This document shows, one piece after another, positions 25,827 to 33,251 of a DNA stretch of 47,946 nt. The translations under genes and the position numbers were made by a program. The notes beneath the pieces were generated by a model. It had not been told where the DNA came from. It saw only the letters and a list, made by a program, of their open reading frames with translations, and did no database searches. The stretch comes from a virus. Its lineage: Duplodnaviria > Caudoviricetes. Location: positions 1 through 47,946 of the IMG/VR virus record IMGVR_UViG_3300037424_001312; one strand, given 5' to 3'. Every line of letters starts with the position of its first letter. Position 1 is the stretch's first letter.

Positions 25827-28697
25827 TTAGGTGTCCTGACAATCGCCGGAGTGCTCGGGTCCGCCGCAGAGCAGACAGTCACCCATGGACTTGGTGAGTT
25901 CAGACTTCTCGGGCCTCGGCTTAGGAACGGGGTCTTTCTTACCCTTCGGCTTAGGAACGGGGTCTTTCTCACCCTTCCCAACCGGGAAAGCCTGGCCCGG
26001 GTTTGGAGCGCTCTTGAGCGCCGGCTGGCCGACGGCAGGCTTCGGGGCGGCCGCAGGCTTTGCAGCCGTGGGAGGCTTCATGGCACCGGCAGCCGCGGGC
26101 TTGGGGGTCCCGGGCGGCTTCGGAGTCGCACCAGGTGCACCGCCGGCAGGCTTCGGCATGGCGGCCGGCTTGGGGCCGGCGGCAGGCAGGCCGGCCTTCT
26201 TGAGGCCGGGAATGTACGGGGACTTGAGGTGCCCGACACCAGCCGGAGGCAGGCCGGCCCCGGCGCCACCGAACTTGCCGGGAGGCGTGAAAGCAGCCAT
26301 GTCTTGAGCCCGAGCTGCCTGGGCCGCGGGACCCGGGAGGGCGACCTTCGGAGCCGGAGCCCGAACCGCGACAGCTCGGTGGGCGTCCGCCGCCGCCTGG
26401 GCGCTGGCGCCCTGGGGCGCGCGGGCCATGCCGGACATGGCACCCTTCTTGAGCCCCTTGCTGACCTTGCCGCCGCTGCCCTCCTGGGCCTTGACGGGCT
26501 CCTCGGGCACCAGTTCAATCTTCTTCTTCTCGCGGTCCTCGACCTCGTCCTTCTTGAAGGGCGGACGATCATGAGCCAGGCTTAGATTTCTTCGTTCCGG
26601 TGAACCCTTAGGGGGGAGCGGAATACCCCTCTTGCCAGCCGCAGTAGCCTTAGCATTGTCTTCGCGGAACTTCTTTTCCTCGGGGGAGTTCTGCGGTACG
26701 ACCTCGGGACGATCGGCCTTCTTCATGGGCTTGACAACATGGCCCAGCGTCTTGTCGTGGCTGAGGATGTGCTTCTGGCCATCACCTTCATCGAGGACCT
26801 TGTACTGGCCCTTTTTGTGGCCCAGCTTTACGGCTAGCTCATGAACATCCCTGGCGTGATGGTTACCTTCATCACTGAGGGGGTCACCTTCTGCGTTGGG
26901 GTTGTGCGTATAGACGCCCCATTTCATGCCGGCCTTTTCCATACCACCGGCCACATCGGGGCTGCTGTGCACGACATTGACGGTCACTGCCGGCTGTGCA
27001 CCAGCCGCAGGTCCCTGAAGGCAACGGCACTGGCCGGGCATGTCAGGCTGACCGCAGAGAGGGCAGTTGTCCATGGGGTTCAGGGCCGGGGCAGCGGGAG
27101 CTATGCTGGTCTCAGCCTTCTGGAGTTCACGCTCACGGAGCCGGAGCATCTCCTGGCCGTAGGCCTGGACTCGCTCCCGGAGGGCCTTTGCAAGTTCCTG
27201 TCGCCACTCCTTAGGCTCGTAGATCTTCTCGTCTGCCATGTTGTCCTCTGACTTCTTCAAGTCGTGCATTCCCTGAAGACCAAGATTGTGGGCCGCCTCC
27301 CGGACCATACCAAGGCCTGTTTCCAGGGGAATCTGGTGACTGTAGGGTTTGAAGCCCATCTGACTGGGCTCACTGAACTTCCCGGTGACGGCCCGGTGGA
27401 TGGCATCGTGCATCACCGTGTTGTACTCGCGGTTAAATGCCTGGTCGGGAACCTGGACGCCGACCTTCTGCATCAGCTCCCGTTGCTTGTGGGCGGCCAA
27501 GTGCTCCCAGTGCACGGCCCGGAGACCTTCCCGGAGGGTCCGGTGGGTACCAAGCTTGCCAATGCGCCGGCCCTCACCGTATTGGGCGTTCAGTTCCGGG
27601 AGCGTGAGTGCATGCGCTAGCTCGTGAACCTTCCGCCAGTTATCCGTGTAGGCCTCGTGACCGAAGTCACCACCGGAGCCGGGGCTAGGGTCGTAGACCA
27701 TCAGGTGGCCAGTGTTGTAGTTCCGGTTCGCGAGGTCGGGGCGGCCGAACTTCCCGCCCGCGTAGTAGTGGTTGTACCCGTGGTCCTTCAGGAGCTGGTT
27801 GACTTCGCTGGTCTTATCCTGGAGGAGGGGATAGTGCCAGAGGTCGGTCTGCTGACCCGGGGCCACAGACCCGTAGGGCATGGCGAAGCGGTGGTAGTCG
27901 CTGGAGGTGCCGGCCTGCTCGTTGACGGGCGGGGTGTCCATGTGCGGGTGGCCCGGGTCGGCCTTCGTGAGCCCAGCGCCAGAGCGAACCACGACCCCAG
28001 GCGCCATCACATGAAGGTGGTGGTCGGTGTGGTGGTTGTGCCAGTGGTAGGCATGGGGGTGGGGGTGCGCCATCGGTAGGGACTTCCGGAGCTGGGTCAG
28101 CACCGCGGTCCGAACATCCCCGAGGTCGTGCACCGGGAGGTCCAGCTCCAGGGCCAGCAGGCGGGCGAAGTCAGGCTCCGCCTTCTGCATCTCGTGCTGA
28201 GCCCGGTCCTGCTGAGCCTCAAGGGCGGCGTCACCGGTCAGCTTGCTGTCATGGAGCTTGTCCCAATCGAAGTTCAACCGCAGGTAGCCGCCGTAGGCCG
28301 GCAGATGTGTGTAGTAGTCCTCTGGGGCTTCCGAGAAGACCTCATGGCCGGTGGCCGGATGATGGCGACCGGCCTGGGGGCCGCCGGTGTACATGAGTTC
28401 ATGCTGGCCGGCGTTGCTGTAGACCACGGACTCCTGGCCGAACTGCTTTCCGAGGCGGTACATCTGTTCCCGGGTCGGGCCATGAACCACGTAGCTGCGC
28501 TCCGGACCCCCGTAGTAACCCTGCACGGGCTCGGCCTTGAGCCCCATCTGCTTCAGGGTCTCGCCAAGGACTTCGTGGCCGGCTGCCTGGCCACTGAATT
28601 TCGGACTCTCCCCGGAGACCATACCAACGCTGGTCTTGCCGGTGAAGAGGGGATGGCTCAGGATCCGATTCGGGCTGTCATCCTTCCTGAGTTCCAT
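25827..28697 (-). CDS. Large modular late protein (956 aa): DUF3293-like N-terminus, HExxH zincin-like module, Zn-finger-like Cys clusters, Pro/Ala/Lys-rich tail
   Basis: VSGESP...VQGYYGGPERSYVV...LGKQFGQESVVY; KVHELAHAL; CPLCG..CRC; CLLCGG..H..C. TAATCTT 6 nt before ATG. Confidence 0.7.
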   Translation of the reverse strand: MELRKDDSPNRILSHPLFTGKTSVGMVSGESPKFSGQAAGHEVLGETLKQMGLKAEPVQGYYGGPERSYVVHGPTREQMYRLGKQFGQESVVYSNAGQHELMYTGGPQAGRHHPATGHEVFSEAPEDYYTHLPAYGGYLRLNFDWDKLHDSKLTGDAALEAQQDRAQHEMQKAEPDFARLLALELDLPVHDLGDVRTAVLTQLRKSLPMAHPHPHAYHWHNHHTDHHLHVMAPGVVVRSGAGLTKADPGHPHMDTPPVNEQAGTSSDYHRFAMPYGSVAPGQQTDLWHYPLLQDKTSEVNQLLKDHGYNHYYAGGKFGRPDLANRNYNTGHLMVYDPSPGSGGDFGHEAYTDNWRKVHELAHALTLPELNAQYGEGRRIGKLGTHRTLREGLRAVHWEHLAAHKQRELMQKVGVQVPDQAFNREYNTVMHDAIHRAVTGKFSEPSQMGFKPYSHQIPLETGLGMVREAAHNLGLQGMHDLKKSEDNMADEKIYEPKEWRQELAKALRERVQAYGQEMLRLRERELQKAETSIAPAAPALNPMDNCPLCGQPDMPGQCRCLQGPAAGAQPAVTVNVVHSSPDVAGGMEKAGMKWGVYTHNPNAEGDPLSDEGNHHARDVHELAVKLGHKKGQYKVLDEGDGQKHILSHDKTLGHVVKPMKKADRPEVVPQNSPEEKKFREDNAKATAAGKRGIPLPPKGSPERRNLSLAHDRPPFKKDEVEDREKKKIELVPEEPVKAQEGSGGKVSKGLKKGAMSGMARAPQGASAQAAADAHRAVAVRAPAPKVALPGPAAQAARAQDMAAFTPPGKFGGAGAGLPPAGVGHLKSPYIPGLKKAGLPAAGPKPAAMPKPAGGAPGATPKPPGTPKPAAAGAMKPPTAAKPAAAPKPAVGQPALKSAPNPGQAFPVGKGEKDPVPKPKGKKDPVPKPRPEKSELTKSMGDCLLCGGPEHSGDCQDT
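25918..25977 (-). repeat. 30-bp coding tandem duplication (KGxKDPVPKP x2)
   Basis: GGCTTAGGAACGGGGTCTTTCTYACCCTTC occurs twice. Confidence 0.8.
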
Positions 28698-28724
28698 GCC
28701 GTCAAGATTACTGGCGGCAAAGCT

Positions 28725-29681
28725 CTACCAGGAAAGAACTTCGTCGTGCTCTCCAACCCAGATAGCGTCATCTGGGTCCGTGTCATTGGGGAGGTTGCCG
28801 GCGTCAATGACACGGAGAGGAGCTACGGCAACCCCGGTGACCTTCTGGCTCTCCTCCTCGGGAACAACCTGGGTCACGTAGCCAGTGAGGTTCAGGTGCC
28901 GGCTGAAGGCTAGTTCCGTCTGGGTGTCGCCCAGTCGACGAAAATCCGAGCTGCTAATCTGACTGCGCTCAAACCCCCGAGCCTCCAGAAGTCTCTTTCT
29001 CGACCGGAGGAGCACGAAGACCAGGATGCTGTGCAGGTAGGTCAACAATACCTGCTCGCCGACGACGTGACAGCCGATACTGTAGGTTTCCTTCATTCGG
29101 GTGCTGTTCCAGTGAACCTTGCCGCTGGGCCTCTGACCCCTGATGGTGGCTGCCGTGAAGTCCGCGGTCACACCCTCTCGGATTAGGATGGTGTTGTCCT
29201 CCTGGACCTCCAAGATGGGGTACAGGTTCCCCTGCTGGTCGACGACCTGCTGCCCGGGCGCCAACACCAAGGTAACAGAATCCGGGAGAGTCATGGTGCC
29301 AGTGCTGGCCTCGTAGCCTGTGGGCGTGAAGGGGCCGGCCAGCACGGGCCAGGTCCGGTCGTCATCTTCCTCGGGGATGTAGTGGGTATCCGCGAGCACG
29401 GACTCAGACTCCACACTGTCCAAGAGGGTGATGCTGATGCCCGGGAGGTCGATGCTGTTGATGACTGTGGACATGAAGACGACGATCTTCGTGTTCAGGA
29501 ACCAGGTCCTGGCGGCATCCAGCTGGGTCTGCCCGTATTCATTCCGGGTCAGCTCGTCGTCCAGAAGGGAGGCGAAGACGTAGGGCAACAGGTAGGGCTT
29601 ACGGCGCAGCTCGTCAATACCGTCCAAGATGGCGGTGCGAATGATGAGGTCTGATTGAAATACCCCGCGGGCTTCACTCAT
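28725..29681 (-). CDS. Putative neck / tail-completion (terminator-like) virion protein
   Basis: IDLPGISITLLDSVES...ETYSIGCH...FSRHLNLTG pattern. CAATCTT 6 nt before ATG. Upstream of the sheath region. Confidence 0.55.
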   Translation of the reverse strand: MSEARGVFQSDLIIRTAILDGIDELRRKPYLLPYVFASLLDDELTRNEYGQTQLDAARTWFLNTKIVVFMSTVINSIDLPGISITLLDSVESESVLADTHYIPEEDDDRTWPVLAGPFTPTGYEASTGTMTLPDSVTLVLAPGQQVVDQQGNLYPILEVQEDNTILIREGVTADFTAATIRGQRPSGKVHWNSTRMKETYSIGCHVVGEQVLLTYLHSILVFVLLRSRKRLLEARGFERSQISSSDFRRLGDTQTELAFSRHLNLTGYVTQVVPEEESQKVTGVAVAPLRVIDAGNLPNDTDPDDAIWVGEHDEVLSW

Positions 29682-29934
29682 GAGCTGAAGATTGCTTCAC
29701 GCCCCGGGCGGCTAGCTCCAGGTCCAGGGCCCTGGCTTTGGCTAGGTGCAGCTCCCGACGGAGAACCAGGATTTCTACTTCTTGTTCAGCAACCCGGGCC
29801 CGGAGGCCGTCCTGCTCGGTCTGCTGAATGAGGGATTCAAGACCCTCCGTGGGAGCCGGCGGGAACTCTGGGACATGCGCCATACTGTCGTCCAGCCGGT
29901 CAGCCCAGGATTGGGGTTGCTTCTTCTTGCTCAT
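29674..29934 (-). CDS. Hypothetical coiled-coil protein
   Basis: ATGA coupling with the upstream gene. Confidence 0.55.
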   Translation of the reverse strand: MSKKKQPQSWADRLDDSMAHVPEFPPAPTEGLESLIQQTEQDGLRARVAEQEVEILVLRRELHLAKARALDLELAARGVKQSSAHE

Positions 29935-30224
29935 TCGAATTTGACGGCCACGGTGGCCAAGATGTCCCGGATATCAAGAGAACTACAGCGGTCATCTGCA
30001 TGGGTTCGGTTGAATTCCTCGGCTACTTCCCGGAGGACAGTAACCAGCTTGCTGGACTGTTCACGGATCCACTGGGCCCGGTAGCTATCAGGCATGTCGC
30101 CGCGTGCCAGGGCGTCGTGCATGGTTCGGCGCCTGGCCTGACCACGGATGAGCCGGTTCTGCTGTTCCTGGCACATGGCCGTAAAGACCGCGGTCACGAA
30201 CTGTGCTTGTTCTCTCTGGTCCAT
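29931..30224 (-). CDS. Hypothetical late protein
   Basis: CAATCTT 6 nt before ATG. Confidence 0.6.
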   Translation of the reverse strand: MDQREQAQFVTAVFTAMCQEQQNRLIRGQARRRTMHDALARGDMPDSYRAQWIREQSSKLVTVLREVAEEFNRTHADDRCSSLDIRDILATVAVKFE

Positions 30225-30240
30225 GAGGACAAGATTGGGC

Positions 30241-30666
30241 TCAGCTGTCGCTGAAAGCCCTCTTCATCTCTTCGCGGGCCACACGCCGGATGTAGGCATC
30301 CTGCTCACTGGCCTGCCAGACGGTCTTGTTCTGGAGCTTCTTCCCGATGGCTTCGTCCAGGTATCGCTCAGTCACCAGGCGAATGCTGTCGGGATGCAGA
30401 ATCTGGAGGGTCTCCGCCGCCACCTCCATGAGCATCTCCTTGATGTTAGACTGCCAGGTTTCCTGGAACAGGCTCCGGAGGCCGTTCCGGACGAGGTTCC
30501 CGGTGTCCTTGTTGTTCAACAGGTAGGACTCCAGAAGTCGGGCCATCTCCCTCTTGACCTCGGTGTCGAAGACACTACGGGCCATGTTCCGGACCTCGCC
30601 CAGAACGGCTTCCCGGATGCCAGCCCGGGTTTCGGCGTCGATGAGTGCGGTGATGTTGATTTTTAT
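30241..30666 (-). CDS. Helical hypothetical protein, apparent start ATA (xKINITALID...)
   Basis: Class II motif followed by GGAAGAAT ATA AAA ATC AAC. The track extension to 30924 overlaps another gene. Confidence 0.5.
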   Translation of the reverse strand: MKINITALIDAETRAGIREAVLGEVRNMARSVFDTEVKREMARLLESYLLNNKDTGNLVRNGLRSLFQETWQSNIKEMLMEVAAETLQILHPDSIRLVTERYLDEAIGKKLQNKTVWQASEQDAYIRRVAREEMKRAFSDS

Positions 30667-30682
30667 ATTCTTCCTATAACGG

Positions 30683-31021
30683 CTAGCGGTACCAGAAGCA
30701 AGTTCTATTGTGTCCAGCCAGGAGGCTCCGGCATTGGCAGATCCGCGAAGGGTTGGGTGGATTGAAGGCCGGCGGCGGCGGGGCCAAGGGCTCGGGTGCA
30801 CGAGGCACCTCGATGATGTCGACACCCCTGGTGAAGAACGACTCACGGACCATGTCCCTCTTGCCGGGCCCGAAATCGAAGACGATGTAGCTCTCCCCGC
30901 CGGGGTCCGGCTTCTGCTCGACAATGACCCCCTTGTCGCGGTCGTCTACCTGCCCGAACTTGAGCCACCACCTCAAGCCGGACTTGAGCCGAAACGTGGT
31001 GCCCGGGAGGTAGGTTTTCAT
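30683..31021 (-). CDS. Hypothetical protein (SH3-like N-terminus, C-terminal CxC..H..C)
   Basis: TGATG coupling. Stop overlaps the class II motif. Confidence 0.55.
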   Translation of the reverse strand: MKTYLPGTTFRLKSGLRWWLKFGQVDDRDKGVIVEQKPDPGGESYIVFDFGPGKRDMVRESFFTRGVDIIEVPRAPEPLAPPPPAFNPPNPSRICQCRSLLAGHNRTCFWYR

Positions 31022-31269
31022 CAGTCCCTCGACAGCGCGCTCAGGATGGCGCGATGCGCGTAGGCGCGCGGGTCCCTTAGCTCCCAGTCCCAGAGCCAGG
31101 ATTTGTCGGGCACGATGGCCATGTGTCGGTCAACGACCAAGTCCCCGCCGCAGACCCGATTGGCCTTGGCCTCTTCCAGGGTCTGGGCCGTGGCGCAGAT
31201 GTAGCATCGTGAGGCCGGGTTGTAGCTGAAGCCCGCCTGGTAGACGATGTAGTAGCTGGCCGTTTTCAT
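31021..31269 (-). CDS. Hypothetical early protein
   Basis: AGAGG SD, in an early operon. Confidence 0.55.
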   Translation of the reverse strand: MKTASYYIVYQAGFSYNPASRCYICATAQTLEEAKANRVCGGDLVVDRHMAIVPDKSWLWDWELRDPRAYAHRAILSALSRD

Positions 31270-31275
31270 CCTCTT

Positions 31276-31647
31276 TTATCCTCTCTCCGTGTAGATGAAG
31301 CCGTCGTCCCCCTCGTAGAGGATGCGCTCACCCAGGGCGTGGGCCGCCACCGACAGGTACTCGCTCAGGTCCTTGGAGATGTTCATGCACCAGAAGCCAG
31401 TGCCGTGGCCATTCTGGGTCAGCCACAGATTGGCGCCCAGGTCCTCGGTGGTACACCCCGCCTCCTGATAGGCTTTCTCCAGCTGATCCAGGTGGGCGTA
31501 GAAAAAGTCCCCGGCCTCCTTCCGGAGTTCGAGAATGGCAGACTCGGACAATTCCAGGCCTGAGTCATCCATGGGGTTGCCGTCCCTATCCCGGGACAGC
31601 CAGAGCGCGTAGTCAATGTAGCCCTTCACGAAGTCCTTGACGTCCAT
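31276..31647 (-). CDS. Conserved phage early protein (YIDYALW...LWLTQNGHGTGFW)
   Basis: GGAGG SD, downstream of the TTGACA-17-TAGAAA promoter. Confidence 0.7.
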   Translation of the reverse strand: MDVKDFVKGYIDYALWLSRDRDGNPMDDSGLELSESAILELRKEAGDFFYAHLDQLEKAYQEAGCTTEDLGANLWLTQNGHGTGFWCMNISKDLSEYLSVAAHALGERILYEGDDGFIYTERG

Positions 31648-31692
31648 CAGTGATTCCTCCAGGCGCAGGAGAGCTTCATGCTCTCGTAGTGT

Positions 31693-31721
31693 TTTCTACC
31701 AGGCTCAGGTTCAGCTGTCAA
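31693..31721 (-). promoter_or_regulatory. Sigma70-like early promoter
   Basis: TTGACA-GCTGAACCTGAGCCTGG-TAGAAA, back-to-back with the class II motif at 31725. Confidence 0.6.
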
Positions 31722-31743
31722 GTACAGCCGTTATAGGAAGTGT

Positions 31744-32061
31744 ATGCCCGACCTAACCACGGAGACCGTCTGGACCTGCAACACCAACACCTACTGGGAG
31801 GTGGAGGTCGTGGGGTCCAGAGGCGACAAGTACAGAGTCAGCCACCAGCGGAATCACGACCCCGAAGCCCAGGTGATGTACAGCTGGCGTTGTACCTGCG
31901 TGGGGTTTAGCTACAGGGGTCACTGCCGACACACGTACACCGTGGCCGGTAGCGGTCTTCGCTGTGGCTGGAACGAGGGCCTGGAGCCGGGCCTGGAGGC
32001 CCCAGGCGGCGTCTGTCCTGGCTGCGGTGGTCCTGTAACAGCTATTCAGGTGGGGGTCTAG
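31744..32061 (+). CDS. SWIM zinc-finger protein
   Basis: VVGSRGDKYRV...WRCTCVGFSYRGHCRH (CxC-x8-CxH). Confidence 0.8.
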   Translation: MPDLTTETVWTCNTNTYWEVEVVGSRGDKYRVSHQRNHDPEAQVMYSWRCTCVGFSYRGHCRHTYTVAGSGLRCGWNEGLEPGLEAPGGVCPGCGGPVTAIQVGV

Positions 32062-32065
32062 ACGC

Positions 32066-32284
32066 ATGAAGGCCTGCCGGATCCACACCCACAGTAGCAG
32101 CACGCGAGCCCAGGAGTGCTACCGGAACATGGCCGGCCGCCGAGCTGACAAGAAGATTCTGGAGTCCGGGGTTCTCTGGCAGGGTCCCCGATACAAGATG
32201 GTGAAGCACAGTCCCCCGCGGGTCGCCAGCCGTGGGGGCATCACCTACCTGGTCTTCAGCGAGGACCAGAACATGACATACTGA
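32066..32284 (+). CDS. Hypothetical protein
   Basis: 72 aa ORF 4 nt after the SWIM gene. Confidence 0.5.
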   Translation: MKACRIHTHSSSTRAQECYRNMAGRRADKKILESGVLWQGPRYKMVKHSPPRVASRGGITYLVFSEDQNMTY

Positions 32285-32420
32285 GGAGCCGCCATGAGAA
32301 TGCTCCGCCGGAAATCCTCTATAACCTGGAGAAGAGCGTGAATTACTGCCAGCACTGTAACCGCTCCATCGAGATCCACACCAGGCTCAGGGTCGTGGGT
32401 GTGGTCATGGGTAGCGGCTG

Positions 32421-33248
32421 CTAGAAGTTCTTGCTGATCCTGGCCACGACCTCGGGGGCAATCAGCTGCTCCCACTGGCGCCGAGCCCAGTCGTAAGCTT
32501 CGTCCAGGAGACGGACACCTTCGATGCCCGGGTGGTCCCAGCGACCTTGCCCGTAGTGCTTGCTGCTGGCGACCCTGAAGGTCATGATGTCCCGGCGGAC
32601 CCCGGTCTTCCCCTGCTTGTCCTTGACTTCACGCTGGTAAATGTTGATGCCCTGGAGCAGGGGGATGCCCGTGGGACCCTGCATGACGGACCCAACCGGC
32701 CCCTTGCCCTGGCCCGGCTTGTTGGCCGTCTTCACGGGGGCGTTGTTGATGTTGAGTCGGTGCAGAAGCCCCAGCTTGGGGTCTCCATTGGCGTGGCGTT
32801 CGACCTTCCCGTAGGGAATCTTCCTGGATTTCAACTCGCCCTTGATGGTGTCCAGGAGGGTCTTCTCGGCTGGGGTCATCTGCGTCGGTCCCTTGGGGCC
32901 GTGCCGGAAGGGAACAACCAAATACCGGCTTCCGTCTTTTGCCGTCTTAGCCTTCTTGCTACCCAGGAGGTCATCGAGCATGCTGTGAGACGGCATGCCG
33001 TCATCAATCCAGCGAACCTTGGCGTCCAGATTCACGACAAAAACGTTGCTGTCCAGCTGGAAATGCTTGAGACCCTCGACGAACATCTCCCGTCTGGTAT
33101 GCAGCTTTTTTGCGGCCTCTTCGACAATGTGGGCATGGGTCATGGCGGCCAGCCGCCGACCGGCTTCCTGCATAGCCTCATTGGCTACGGGACCCAGCTC
33201 GTTCGCGGCCTCCAAGAGGGTCGACAGGTCCAGGTCGATACGGAACAC
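32421..33248 (-). CDS. Neck / virion morphogenesis-like protein
   Basis: AKDGSRYLVVPFRH...IMTFRVASSK...WDHPGIEG pattern seen in large myovirus neck proteins. Follows the 861 aa late gene. Confidence 0.65.
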   Translation of the reverse strand: MFRIDLDLSTLLEAANELGPVANEAMQEAGRRLAAMTHAHIVEEAAKKLHTRREMFVEGLKHFQLDSNVFVVNLDAKVRWIDDGMPSHSMLDDLLGSKKAKTAKDGSRYLVVPFRHGPKGPTQMTPAEKTLLDTIKGELKSRKIPYGKVERHANGDPKLGLLHRLNINNAPVKTANKPGQGKGPVGSVMQGPTGIPLLQGINIYQREVKDKQGKTGVRRDIMTFRVASSKHYGQGRWDHPGIEGVRLLDEAYDWARRQWEQLIAPEVVARISKNF

Positions 33249-33251
33249 TGT

